From the NCBI GenBank assembly GCA_963664215.1, contig OY761015.1: a DNA stretch of 64,000 bases; one strand, 5' to 3'. Made by a program: the position numbers and the translations under genes. Under the pieces are notes generated by a model. The model was not told the origin of the DNA, did not search any database, and saw only the letters and a program-made list of their open reading frames with translations. Positions 27,704-37,609 of this stretch are shown piece after piece; within the stretch, counting starts at the first letter, position 1, and each line of letters starts with the position of its first letter. The DNA comes from Candidatus Poribacteria bacterium (GTDB lineage Bacteria; Poribacteria; WGA-4E; WGA-3G).

Positions 27704-28768
27704 ATGCAGAAAACTGGACAAGAATCCTCACCAACAAAGCATCTTGTCACAACATACCTCAGCGATGTCAAAAGTAAGGTCGATGCCTGTATTTTTGATT
27801 TTCTCCCGACTACCCACAAGCACCCGGATGTCCATCAGTTGTACCAGATGATGTTAGACTACCCGCGCCGCGCCGCGAAGGGGTTACGTCCCGCGCTCTG
27901 TATGCTCATGTGTGAGGCATTCGGTGGAGATACACAACGCGCCGTTAACACTGCCGCCTCACTTGAACTCCTCCAGAATTGGCTCCTGATACACGACGAT
28001 ATTGAAGACGGCTCCGAGCTCCGCAGAGGTGAACCTTGCCTCCATCAAAAGCACGGAATTCCAATGGCTATCAACGTTGGGGATGCCCTCCATTGCAAGA
28101 TGTGGGAGATGCTTCACCGAAACACTGAGATTCTTGGACATCAACTCGCTTTCCGCATTTTATCTGAATTCATACAGCTCAGCAACCAAGTCGTTGAAGG
28201 ACAGCACATTGAATTGAGTTGGGTTCGCGATAACCGCTGGGATCTCGATGAAGATGACTACTTAACGATGTGTGTGCAGAAAACCGCATGGTATACTTGT
28301 ATCACACCGTGTCGCGTTGGGGCTATCATCGGGGGCGCAAGTGAAACAGAAATAGATGGACTCGTAGAACTCGGCAAAGAAATCGGTATCGCCTTCCAAA
28401 TTCAGGACGATGTCCTTAACCTGATCGGCGATGTCGGTAGGTATGGAAAAGAGATTGCTGGCGATATTAGTGAAGGTAAGCGGACCCTCGTTCTTATTCA
28501 TCTTATCAGTAATTGCAGTTCGGCTGAAGCCCAGCAGGTGATCGATATCATGGCACGTCCCCGTGATGAGAAAACCGAGGCAGAGGTCGAAAGCGTACTC
28601 CGCTTAATGCAAAAATATAAATCGATTACCTATGCCCAACAACGATCTCAGGCACTCTTACAGGAAGCCGCTGGACGGTTTAAAAACAATTTTGCCCATC
28701 TCCCTGATGGACGAGCGAAGCAACTGTTTTTCTCTTTAATCCGTTTTTTCGTTGAACGTGAATACTAA
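27704..28768 (+). CDS. polyprenyl (isoprenyl diphosphate) synthase
   Basis: 354 aa; two DDxxD motifs (LIHDDIEDGSELRRG; FQIQDDVLN). Confidence 0.8.
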   Translation: MQKTGQESSPTKHLVTTYLSDVKSKVDACIFDFLPTTHKHPDVHQLYQMMLDYPRRAAKGLRPALCMLMCEAFGGDTQRAVNTAASLELLQNWLLIHDDIEDGSELRRGEPCLHQKHGIPMAINVGDALHCKMWEMLHRNTEILGHQLAFRILSEFIQLSNQVVEGQHIELSWVRDNRWDLDEDDYLTMCVQKTAWYTCITPCRVGAIIGGASETEIDGLVELGKEIGIAFQIQDDVLNLIGDVGRYGKEIAGDISEGKRTLVLIHLISNCSSAEAQQVIDIMARPRDEKTEAEVESVLRLMQKYKSITYAQQRSQALLQEAAGRFKNNFAHLPDGRAKQLFFSLIRFFVEREY

Positions 28769-28788
28769 TGAAAAAGGAGTAGAAGTAA

Positions 28789-29853
28789 ATGAACGATATT
28801 TCATCTGGTAAATTGCGGGGTATCATGAAACTTGCCGATGCGAATGGTCGCTTCAAAATGATGGCGATCGACCAGCGGGGTTCCATGGTACAAGCACTCG
28901 CAGATGCACTCGACAAGGACAACGATGATGTCCTATACGAAGATGTCGCAGCATTGAAAACTTTGATTACCCGAATCCTTTCCCGGAATGCAACAGCCGT
29001 TCTGACCGACCCAATTTACGGGCATCCCTACTCTATTACCGAGATTCCACGGGATGTCGCATTGCTGTTAGCTTATGAAGAATCCGGTTATGTCAGCGAA
29101 GGGGTCGGTGAAAACGAACGTCTCTCCAATCCGATCGCAAACTGGAGTATCGCCAAGGCACAGCGCGCCGGGGCAGATGCCATTAAACTCCTCGCCTATT
29201 ACCATCCTGACGCCTCCGCGGAAACCCTTGAACACCAGCAAGCCTTTGTGCGTCATGTCGGAGACGAATGCGAAAAGCAGGATTTGCCGTTTTTGTTGGA
29301 ATTGGTCAGTTATGCGCTTGAAGGCACCACAAAGAGTGTCGCCTTCGCGAAACAGAAACCCGACCTCGTGATTCGGAGTGTCGAGGAGTTCACCGAGCCA
29401 AGCTACAAAGTTGACATTCTGAAGTTAGAATTTCCTGCCGATCTGAAATACACAGCAGATTATCAAGATGCCAGTTTTTACGCAGGGGATTCGGCGTATG
29501 GACTCGCTGAAGTGAAGGAAATCTGCCAGAAATTAGACGAAACCTCGACGCTGCCGTGGGTGATTTTGAGCGCCGGTGTGGATATTGAGGAATTCATCGA
29601 AAATGTTGACCTCGCAACTGGTGCCGGAGCAAGTGGTTTCCTCTGCGGAAGAGCCATCTGGAAAGATGCTGTCCAATACTATCCTGATGCTGGGGCAGTT
29701 GAGCGGTTCTTGGAAAACGAGGCAACAACGAACTTTAAGAACGCAAACGCTGCCGCAGAAAACGCGTTACCGTGGTTCAAGCATCGCCAATTTGGGGGTG
29801 TGGAAAACGTTCAAGTTGCTAAGCAATCCGCAACGTGGTATCAAGACTATTAG
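28789..29853 (+). CDS. class I aldolase of DeoC/LacD (tagatose-bisphosphate aldolase-like) family
   Basis: 354 aa; FKMMAIDQRGS resembles LacD AFDQRGAL; TIM-barrel-like. Confidence 0.5.
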   Translation: MNDISSGKLRGIMKLADANGRFKMMAIDQRGSMVQALADALDKDNDDVLYEDVAALKTLITRILSRNATAVLTDPIYGHPYSITEIPRDVALLLAYEESGYVSEGVGENERLSNPIANWSIAKAQRAGADAIKLLAYYHPDASAETLEHQQAFVRHVGDECEKQDLPFLLELVSYALEGTTKSVAFAKQKPDLVIRSVEEFTEPSYKVDILKLEFPADLKYTADYQDASFYAGDSAYGLAEVKEICQKLDETSTLPWVILSAGVDIEEFIENVDLATGAGASGFLCGRAIWKDAVQYYPDAGAVERFLENEATTNFKNANAAAENALPWFKHRQFGGVENVQVAKQSATWYQDY

Positions 29854-29937
29854 GGGATATCTACGTTTACCCGGTTACCGTTTGGGGGGCGATACAGCAA
29901 AGGCAATTATGCAACCGATTCCCAGGCGGGTGAGAAT

Positions 29938-30015
29938 TAACCGAAAACCGTTGTGAAACATTGTCCTGCAAGCCTATAGAGGCTTGCACAGGGAACAGCG
30001 CCCAGATTCCCATAG
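29938..30015. repeat. ~78 nt conserved intergenic element, family E copy 2 (perfect hairpin GCAAGCCT-ATAG-AGGCTTGC)
   Basis: Ends exactly at the stop codon of minus-strand gene 30016-30492. Confidence 0.8.
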
Positions 30016-30492
30016 TTAGAGAGACAGCAGTGCGCTCTGAATTTTCTTGGAAATTTTTTTGGCGATATGGAGGGTCGTTTCCTCGGGAACCTGCCCTCCT
30101 ATTTCAGCGACCAGCACGACGACAGTTTGTTGTACGAACAGAAAGTTCGATCCAGCCTGCCACACTATATCACCCAGACCATGTTTGTTATTTGATGGAG
30201 GTTGATAGATAGAATCACGTCCACCTAATTTCGGCACGGTCTGCGCGGAAAGCCGAAATCTGCCTTCATCAGCGACTGTGCGTGCTTCGTCGTGTGACTC
30301 GAAGAACCAGTAATTGATGACAACTTGCTGGGTGGCTGTGTGGTTTAACCACCATCTATCGCGCCAACCGAATTGTGCGATCGGTCGTCTTGGGGCTGTT
30401 GGAGAGTAGATTTCTTGGGCAGAAGTACGACGCGCGGCTACATCTGCCAAGTCATCAGGTGTAAGTTGAATTGCTTCAAGCGTGAGTTCCAT
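30016..30492 (-). CDS. hypothetical protein
   Basis: 158 aa ORF; Trp/Arg-rich; no recognised motif. Confidence 0.35.
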   Translation of the reverse strand: MELTLEAIQLTPDDLADVAARRTSAQEIYSPTAPRRPIAQFGWRDRWWLNHTATQQVVINYWFFESHDEARTVADEGRFRLSAQTVPKLGGRDSIYQPPSNNKHGLGDIVWQAGSNFLFVQQTVVVLVAEIGGQVPEETTLHIAKKISKKIQSALLSL

Positions 30493-30706
30493 GTTGGTAT
30501 GATAACATCACTCACAGCAAAAATTCAAATTAAAAACAGGATTCGCTGCGACGCTGATGGAACCCCTTCCCCGATAGGTGCGGTTTCTAAACGCCCATAG
30601 GTGTCAATTTCAGAAAAAGAGTCGTGTTTCTTTCGATGAAAAAGCATTATCAGACAGTGGGATCCCTTGTATCTCCCAGAAAACGTGAGGTGCCTATTTG
30701 GTCTTC

Positions 30707-30781
30707 AGCCCCAGCGGGGCGACATCTATGTAGAAACGGGGTCCCCCCAAGGAGTAAGCCCCAGCGGGGCGACATGTGTGG
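30707..30781. repeat. family C hairpin repeats (AGCCCCAGCGGGGCGACATCTATGTAGAAAC + degenerate second unit)
   Basis: Related copies at 39684-39712 and 55682-55760; GCCCC-N3-GGGGC stem then TCTAnnTAGA box. Confidence 0.75.
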
Positions 30782-31008
30782 TCCACTAAAAATTGTCCAA
30801 AGCTGAGTATAAAAAATTATGAAGGTTTTTCGGGCACAAATCAACAAATAGAAAAGAACTGTATTAGTTCTATGATTCGCTTAAGGGAAGCTGCGGTTAC
30901 GAACAATTGTCTTAAGACGGCAACCTGCAACAACGGCGCAGGCGTATATAAAGAAAAGTGAGGCATAAACAGACCACCTTATTTTAACGTCTCGCGAATA
31001 ATTAAAAA

Positions 31009-32208
31009 ATGAGAATATTAGCGCGGTATATACTTAAAGAATTTTTTCCACCATTCATCATAGCACTTATCTGTTTTACCTTTATCCTCATCTTCGATGA
31101 CCTTTTTCGGTTGACGAAGTTGTTTGTGCAAAAGGGGATAAGTCCGGTTTACCTTGTCGAATTGCTCTTCTATGTGATGCCAGCGACGGTGGTGTTATCT
31201 CTTCCGATGGCGGCTTTGGTCGCGATTTTACTTTCTCTCGGTAGACTCTCTACCGATAATGAGATCATCGCGATGAAAGCACACGGTGTCCCTTTCCATC
31301 ATCTCATGCTACCACTTTTAGGCATTGCAGTGGTACTCAGCGTTGTCGATCTCGGATTGATGGACTACGCGCTGCCGAAGGCGAATCTTGCTTACGCCAC
31401 GCTCAAACGCGATATCCAAAGACACAATCCAACGTTCGTTTTGGAAGAAGCCACTGTCATGAAAGAATTGGAGAAAGAAGGCAAATTATGGATGTACGAA
31501 TCCACGGATGCCAAGAGTGGGCGCATGCAGGATGTCAAAATCTGGGACGGTATCTGGACTGGGCGTCCGCGGTTCAGCCACGCCCGAGAAGGCACCCTCG
31601 GTTTTGAAGGCGGTAGAGCCATGCTTACGCTTTACGATGGGCTCACTTACGAACCGACAACCGATGATTCAGAGGCATATCGTGTAACACAGTTCCAGCA
31701 GCAACAACTGGCACTGCAGATGACCGAGGATCTGGAGCGCGGCGCGTTTCGGAACCAGACACCACGGTCAATGAGTATTGTCCAACTCAAGGCATTCATC
31801 AATACGTTGGCAGCCTCCGTACAAACCAGCCAAAATCCTGATTATACCCGGAGTAGACTCCGTTTTGCGGAAGTCGAGTATCACAAAAAGTTTTCTATCC
31901 CTTTCGCGTGTTTGGCGTTCGGGTTGATGGGCGTGCCGCTTGGGTTGATGGTAAAACAGAGCGGGAAAATGATTGGCTTTGGTCTCGGCTTAGCTGTGAT
32001 TTTAGTTTACTACTTACTGCTTCAGATCGGCCAAAGCGCAGGTTTGAACGGTATGATATCTCCTGCCCTTGCCATGTGGCTGCCCAATATTGCTATCGGT
32101 GCGTTCGGCGTTTTCCTGAGTATCCGTATGATAGGTGAAGGAACGCTGCGAACTTGGCGTACCCGCGACACATTGCCCCTTGTCGTCAATAGGAAAGTCG
32201 AATCATAG
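31009..32208 (+). CDS. lptF: LptF/LptG family LPS export permease
   Basis: 399 aa; MRILARYILKEFFPPF N-terminus and YjgP/YjgQ topology. Confidence 0.75.
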   Translation: MRILARYILKEFFPPFIIALICFTFILIFDDLFRLTKLFVQKGISPVYLVELLFYVMPATVVLSLPMAALVAILLSLGRLSTDNEIIAMKAHGVPFHHLMLPLLGIAVVLSVVDLGLMDYALPKANLAYATLKRDIQRHNPTFVLEEATVMKELEKEGKLWMYESTDAKSGRMQDVKIWDGIWTGRPRFSHAREGTLGFEGGRAMLTLYDGLTYEPTTDDSEAYRVTQFQQQQLALQMTEDLERGAFRNQTPRSMSIVQLKAFINTLAASVQTSQNPDYTRSRLRFAEVEYHKKFSIPFACLAFGLMGVPLGLMVKQSGKMIGFGLGLAVILVYYLLLQIGQSAGLNGMISPALAMWLPNIAIGAFGVFLSIRMIGEGTLRTWRTRDTLPLVVNRKVES

Positions 32209-32413
32209 CCAAGTATTGCTTCAACTTTGACTTTATGATCAGTAGGTCGGGTAGAGCGTCAGCGAAACCCGACATCTTCGGGCATTCTTCATGGCATCCG
32301 AAGACCCGCCCTCAAACGCAATATTGACAGACTACGAGGGAGACTGTCAGCAGTCAGTTGCCAGTTCCATGTTGTTATTCCGCAAGGTAAGTTAGAAAAT
32401 CAGGACATAAGCC

Positions 32414-33475
32414 TTGAATATTTTAGATCGGTACCTGCTTCGCGAATATCTCAAAGCCTTTTTTGTCGGGCTTTTGTTCTTTATCGCTCTGATTATTATC
32501 GTGCGTCTGTTGGATAAGGACATGAAGAAGTTTGATGATGGGGTCGCTTATATGACCGCCGTTAAAATTGTTCTCTTCCAAGCACCACGTCGGATTATGG
32601 AGGTCGTACCCGTTGCGGCATTTGTGGCGATCTTTTTTGTGCTCGGTAGGATGGTCCAAAGCAATGAGTTCACTGCTATGAAGGCGGGCGGTCTAAGTGT
32701 CTATCGGCTCCTCATTCCTGTTCTAATTGTAACGCTCGTTATCTGTGGACTCTTCGCACTTTTTTATAACCGGGTCGCGGCACCTGCTTTTCATGAAGCA
32801 CATCTCTTACAAAATAAGGAGAGACCGCGTCGCGGCAGGAACGTCGTCTTCAAAGGCAAGGGCGATCGTATCTTTTACTCACAGCGGATCGCTTTGGACG
32901 CTCGCAAAATCCAACAACTCACCATTTATCAATATGATACAGAGGGGAAACTCACTCGTGTGACGTTCGCAAAGTCAGCGGAGTGGACACCTACTGAGTG
33001 GCAATTAACGGATGGATACATTCGCCACTTTGACGGGGGGATAGAGGTTAGCTATGAAGCTTTCGATACACATACGATAGAGCGGCACGAAGATCCTGCC
33101 CGTTTCATCGGGAGTGAAAAGGATCCCAGGGCGATGACAATCGAAGAACTCCGTCAACAGATCTCCTATAAACAGGAAGCCGGACAGATTTCGCGTAAAG
33201 AGCAGGTAAAATTGTATCACAAGACGGCGTATCCGTTCGCAGCTGTCGTTGTTATTATGCTGGGTGCCCCTATCGCTATCCGTTTTGGTAGGGCGGGTTT
33301 CTTTGCTGGTTTGGTTATCGCTTTCTTCCTCTCTTTTATCTATTGGGCACTCTCCTTTGCAACGCTTGAGGGACTGAGTGAAAGCGGCAAGCTTCACCCG
33401 TTTCTCGCGTGTTGGGGAGCGAACATCCTCTACGCTGTTGTTGGAGGTATCATGATCTGGCGTACACCCAAATGA
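32414..33475 (+). CDS. lptG: LptF/LptG family LPS export permease (second of pair)
   Basis: 353 aa; TTG start; MNILDRYLLREYLKAFF; YjgP/YjgQ family. Confidence 0.7.
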   Translation: MNILDRYLLREYLKAFFVGLLFFIALIIIVRLLDKDMKKFDDGVAYMTAVKIVLFQAPRRIMEVVPVAAFVAIFFVLGRMVQSNEFTAMKAGGLSVYRLLIPVLIVTLVICGLFALFYNRVAAPAFHEAHLLQNKERPRRGRNVVFKGKGDRIFYSQRIALDARKIQQLTIYQYDTEGKLTRVTFAKSAEWTPTEWQLTDGYIRHFDGGIEVSYEAFDTHTIERHEDPARFIGSEKDPRAMTIEELRQQISYKQEAGQISRKEQVKLYHKTAYPFAAVVVIMLGAPIAIRFGRAGFFAGLVIAFFLSFIYWALSFATLEGLSESGKLHPFLACWGANILYAVVGGIMIWRTPK

Positions 33476-34104
33476 AACGTAGGGGCGAGGTAACCTCGCC
33501 CCTACGACACGGCAGAAACATGGTCTCCCCAAAAATTGGCAACTTCTTCTTCAAAATCCGCAGTTTCACACCCATCCCTTTTATCTTCGCGCTCCTCTAT
33601 TTCGCTGAGCCTTTCTGGTACACCGTAGTCATTGGTGTGTTGTTCATAGCGACAGGCGAATTACTCAGGATATGGGCGGTAGGATATGCAGGAGCGTCCA
33701 CCCGTGCAAGAACGCTCGGTACCGCGCGGGATCTCGTCACAACAGGCCCCTATTCTTACGTCCGTAATCCACTCTATCTCGGTAATTTCCTACTCAGTCT
33801 TGGCGTCTGTTTTGTTGCGAATGTCTATTGGCTCGTAGCGGTGCTAATTGTTGGCTATTTCTTTCAATACCTACCGATTATTGCCGTAGAAGAGTCGTAT
33901 CTGATGGAATCCTGTGGTCCAGTTTATCAGGCATACCGAGACTGGGTGCCCCGCTTTATTCCCCGATTCCGTTCCTACCCCGAACCCTCTCCTCACGATT
34001 TTTCTTGGACACGCGCCATCAAAAGCGAAAAGCGAACCTTGACAGCGATTGTCTGCGTCATCAGCTTGATTTTCGCAAGGCAGTTTGTCGACCTATCATT
34101 ATAG
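33472..34104 (+). CDS. isoprenylcysteine carboxyl methyltransferase (ICMT)/phospholipid methyltransferase family membrane protein
   Basis: ATGA overlap with lptG stop; GPYSYVRNPLYLG motif. Confidence 0.65.
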   Translation: MKRRGEVTSPLRHGRNMVSPKIGNFFFKIRSFTPIPFIFALLYFAEPFWYTVVIGVLFIATGELLRIWAVGYAGASTRARTLGTARDLVTTGPYSYVRNPLYLGNFLLSLGVCFVANVYWLVAVLIVGYFFQYLPIIAVEESYLMESCGPVYQAYRDWVPRFIPRFRSYPEPSPHDFSWTRAIKSEKRTLTAIVCVISLIFARQFVDLSL

Positions 34105-34142
34105 CGATAATATTCTACACATGCCGAAATTCACAATTTTTC

Positions 34143-34171
34143 TTGACATTATTTTCACAATAGTGTATAAT
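34143..34171 (+). promoter_or_regulatory. consensus sigma70 promoter TTGACA-N17-TATAAT
   Basis: TTGACA 34143-34148, 17 nt spacer, TATAAT 34166-34171; AAGGAG SD before ATG 34274. Confidence 0.6.
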
Positions 34172-34273
34172 GAAAAGCGATGATGTTGTTCGACTTTCAA
34201 ACGTGTGTTCACAAGTGCCTGCCTGGATAACCTGAAGTCCATACCTGTTCACAAACAGAAGGAGACGCATCTC

Positions 34274-34963
34274 ATGAAAAAAATGTATTTCTCGCCGATG
34301 ATGCCCTTCGTCCTCCTAATACTCTTGGTTCTACCCGTTAACATCGCCTCGGCACGAGCGTTTAACAACGATTTTGAGACCGGTGACCTCACGGATTGGG
34401 AGACAGATGGAGAGGCATTCGATTTCCAGCCTACCTGGGGAGATAATCCAACAGCCCGAAACCGCGGTCAGCCCTCTGAACATCAAGGGGATTGGTGGTT
34501 AGGGTTATATGAAAAGTACCAAGGTCCGGATAAAGGGAAGAAACTCGGACAGAATCCGGGTGCCACCCAGGGCGATGGACCCCAAGGCACCCTGACATCG
34601 ATTGAATTCACGATTATCGGAAAAACAATGAATTTCCTCATCGGCGGTGGCAATCACCCGTGGAAGGATGATCCCGCTCCATGTTGTGTTAACCTCGAAA
34701 TCAAAGGCAAAGTCGTGCTGACAGCAACGGGGAAGGCTACCGAAACGATGGCGCGGGTAGAGTGGGATGTCTCTGAGTTCCAAGGTAAGACCGCCCAAAT
34801 TGTTGTTGTTGATAACAATAGCGGCGGATGGGGACATCCGAACTTTGATGATATACATCAAGCCGATTCAAAAGGAAAAAATATCCCGTGGGAGCAGGTC
34901 CTGTCTGTGGATGCCCGCGGGAAGTTGGCTGCCACTTGGGCACAGATGAAGAAGTACTATTAG
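34274..34963 (+). CDS. secreted hypothetical protein sharing C-terminal GKLAxTWAxxK motif with 1998-2780
   Basis: Start at MKKMYFSPMMPFVLLILLVLPVNIASA signal peptide; ends VDARGKLAATWAQMKKYY. Confidence 0.5.
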   Translation: MKKMYFSPMMPFVLLILLVLPVNIASARAFNNDFETGDLTDWETDGEAFDFQPTWGDNPTARNRGQPSEHQGDWWLGLYEKYQGPDKGKKLGQNPGATQGDGPQGTLTSIEFTIIGKTMNFLIGGGNHPWKDDPAPCCVNLEIKGKVVLTATGKATETMARVEWDVSEFQGKTAQIVVVDNNSGGWGHPNFDDIHQADSKGKNIPWEQVLSVDARGKLAATWAQMKKYY

Positions 34964-35031
34964 GATGAGAATCGAACAACATCATCGTTCTTTCATTCTC
35001 TAATAGATGGAGTGCTTTCTGTCCCAAGCAA

Positions 35032-35997
35032 CTATATCTGCGCCAACCCTGCGCGTTCTCGGAAACGATTGAACGTTTTCAGGATCCCTTGTTCCATCGT
35101 GTAGTCAGGCGTAAATCCCATCTCCTCAGCGATCGGTGTTGCGTCGTAGTCCCACGATATTCCAAATACCCCCGGCTCCAGCGTAATCTCTGCATCTGGC
35201 ACCAACGTCTTGAGATACGCCACGCCGTCTTTGACAGGTCGGATGCCGCCTTTCACATTGAAGACGCGTGTCTGTGTTGTCGGACAGGTACAAGCGACAA
35301 CAATCGAACGGGAGACGTCCTCCACGTACTGCCAATCCACCGCATCATCGCTAAACGGACAGACATGCGATTTCCCTAACGCCACGGCTTCAATCATTTG
35401 CGTCGTAAATGAACTCATGCCGCGGGTTCTGCCGACGCCATAGACAGCGGTAAACCGCAGCCCAATCGAATCCACGCCGTACGCATCGAAGTAGTGCATC
35501 GCGTATCTTTCGTTGAGGGATTTGCATGCCCCATAAATGAACTTCGGATAGTGCGGCGCATCGTTGAGAATCTGTTCGTGGTTGTAATCCTCTGGCGCGC
35601 CGAAGACCGCAACACTGCTTGCCCATACGACACGTTTGAGATTGAAAATACGCGCCGCTTCCAATATATTGATTGTGCCTTCGCAAACCACCTTGAGTGC
35701 CTCCGGTGGATTCGCGTTGCACGCCGGCACCTGCCACGAGGCGAGATGGATAACCCGATCAATCTCATGTTCTTGGATGGTACGTAAAACGTGTGGTAGG
35801 TCGGTGATGTCGCCCTGCACGAAGGTGAACCCTTCAATCTGTTCATCCGTGAGGACCATTTTGGGAATCGTCAGGTCGTAAGCAAAATCGTATACAACTA
35901 CCTTTTCACCGGCGGTCAATAGGTCGCGGATGACGTAAGTACCGATGCACCCCATGCCACCGGTGAGCAGATATGCCATAGTGTTTTTCTCCTTCAT
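35032..35997 (-). CDS. NAD-dependent epimerase/dehydratase (extended SDR)
   Basis: 321 aa; TGGMGCIG Rossmann motif (start may be Met7, MAYLLTGG). Confidence 0.7.
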   Translation of the reverse strand: MKEKNTMAYLLTGGMGCIGTYVIRDLLTAGEKVVVYDFAYDLTIPKMVLTDEQIEGFTFVQGDITDLPHVLRTIQEHEIDRVIHLASWQVPACNANPPEALKVVCEGTINILEAARIFNLKRVVWASSVAVFGAPEDYNHEQILNDAPHYPKFIYGACKSLNERYAMHYFDAYGVDSIGLRFTAVYGVGRTRGMSSFTTQMIEAVALGKSHVCPFSDDAVDWQYVEDVSRSIVVACTCPTTQTRVFNVKGGIRPVKDGVAYLKTLVPDAEITLEPGVFGISWDYDATPIAEEMGFTPDYTMEQGILKTFNRFRERAGLAQI

Positions 35998-36044
35998 TTC
36001 AACGGGCGCGATCGGAGGACCGCGCCGTTCTACCGAAACAGATG

Positions 36045-36371
36045 CTAACTCGCTTGGACGGGCGTTTCCACATTCACGAGGATATCTTCACCCTCTACTT
36101 TGACAGGATAGGTGGGGAGTTTCTCTTCGCCGGGCCACACACACTCACCTGTCGTCACATCAAATTCCCACATGTGCAGTGGACACGTAACACAGTTGTT
36201 GTCTAAAAAGCCGTAACTCAAAACGCCGCCGAGGTGTGGGCAGATGTTGTTCATGGCGTAATACTCGCCTTTCACGTTGTAGATGCCGATGAAAACACCT
36301 TCGACTTTCACACCAATACATTTACCGGGTTGAATCTGGTCGGTTGTCGCGGCTTTTACAAATTGTGACAT
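36045..36371 (-). CDS. Rieske [2Fe-2S] domain ferredoxin-like protein
   Basis: 108 aa; CPHLGG ... CPLHMWEF Rieske ligand boxes. Confidence 0.75.
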   Translation of the reverse strand: MSQFVKAATTDQIQPGKCIGVKVEGVFIGIYNVKGEYYAMNNICPHLGGVLSYGFLDNNCVTCPLHMWEFDVTTGECVWPGEEKLPTYPVKVEGEDILVNVETPVQAS

Positions 36372-36649
36372 AATTTCTCCGTCTTGTCGTGCCTTTTACG
36401 AAGCACGAGATGTGAAATAGACATCATCACGGATTTTTTTATGAAGTTTAAGTATTTAATTCGGTAATATTTATTTTCCCCAAGTTCGGTAGGTGCGGTT
36501 TGTAACCAGGGTTCCCGCCCGTTACTGGGAAGGGACACCCGGTATGGTTATGGAATTACCGAAATATTTTATTAATCTTCATTCAAAAAACCCTTTCAAT
36601 GGCAAACACTTAGTTAAGAGGTTTTCGTTTAACAACGCCTCTTTTAACA

Positions 36650-36700
36650 GACGACTGATAACTGATAATGGGTGACTCTGATTGCTGACTGCTCTTCTTC
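36650..36700. repeat. family F repeat (TTAACAGACGACTGATAACTGATAATGGGTGACTCTGATTGCTGACTGCTCTTC)
   Basis: Shares TTAACAGA..CTCTTCTTAACTGACTGC / GATAACTGA units with amt-upstream copies. Confidence 0.6.
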
Positions 36701-36805
36701 TGGAAGATTTCGATCCTCGGCTCTGGTCCAAAATGGATGAGAACCGTCTGGCTCCGGAAACTGCTTACGAACCATGCGAAAACTTGTATGTTGATCCTTG
36801 GCGGA

Positions 36806-37594
36806 TTAGACATCATCCATTGGATACAGGCTACATCCGCCGTCTACGAGTAGCACTGTTCCCGTCATATAATCTGCCGCGGTGCTGCACAAAAACAGAA
36901 AGGCGTCTGCCACCGAATCCAGCGGTTGCATAACGCCAAGCGGAATTGCTTTCTGTGCCCGAGCACGATACGTTGGATCCGTATCCCACTGTTGTTTCGC
37001 AAGCCCAACACTGACGATCCCGGGGGCGACTGCATTTGCACGAATCCCTTTGTCAGCGAGTTCCCGCGCAAAAGAACGCATGAGTTGCTTCATTGCTGCC
37101 TTGCTTGCGTTATACGGTCCGATCTCGGGCCACGGCACATCGGCGACCCAAGATGTCGTAAAAATGAGGTGTCCTTTAATGCCATCTTCAAGCATTGAAC
37201 GGGATGCGGCACTGCCCAACAAGAACGCTGTCCGCACATTGACCGCCATGGTCTCATCCCACTCTTCTGCATTGTAGTCCAACAACGGTTTCGGAATCAC
37301 CATACCGATATGACACAGCGCGACGTCGATAGGTCCGAGCCGTTCACGAGCACTGTTTACCAGCATATCGGTTTCATCGGTATCCGTCAGGTCTGCCTTA
37401 ACATAGTTTATTTTCGATGGGTCAATGCCGTTCTGACTGAGCCGGTCTGTTGCCCGCTGATCCGACAGGATGTCGTTCACCGTTACGTTTGCGCCGTGCG
37501 CCATCAATTTTTTGACGATTCCGAGTCCGATCGCTCCGCACCCGCCGGAAATAACGATATGTCGTCCAGCGAGTGCGTCGTTACGGAAAGCCAT
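36806..37594 (-). CDS. SDR family oxidoreductase
   Basis: 262 aa; ISGGCGAIGLG, YNASKAA motifs. Confidence 0.7.
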   Translation of the reverse strand: MAFRNDALAGRHIVISGGCGAIGLGIVKKLMAHGANVTVNDILSDQRATDRLSQNGIDPSKINYVKADLTDTDETDMLVNSARERLGPIDVALCHIGMVIPKPLLDYNAEEWDETMAVNVRTAFLLGSAASRSMLEDGIKGHLIFTTSWVADVPWPEIGPYNASKAAMKQLMRSFARELADKGIRANAVAPGIVSVGLAKQQWDTDPTYRARAQKAIPLGVMQPLDSVADAFLFLCSTAADYMTGTVLLVDGGCSLYPMDDV

Positions 37595-37609
37595 TGCCAG
37601 ATTCTCCTC

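Noticed and set aside
30707-30781. Possible mini-CRISPR (two similar units separated by ~20 nt), also at 55682-55760
   Set aside because: Only two units per locus; the second unit is degenerate; spacers far too short; no cas genes. It behaves as a REP-like hairpin family instead.
33409-33471. Track start of ICMT-family ORF at 33409
   Set aside because: Would overlap lptG by 67 nt; ATG at 33472 forms the typical ATGA stop/start overlap.
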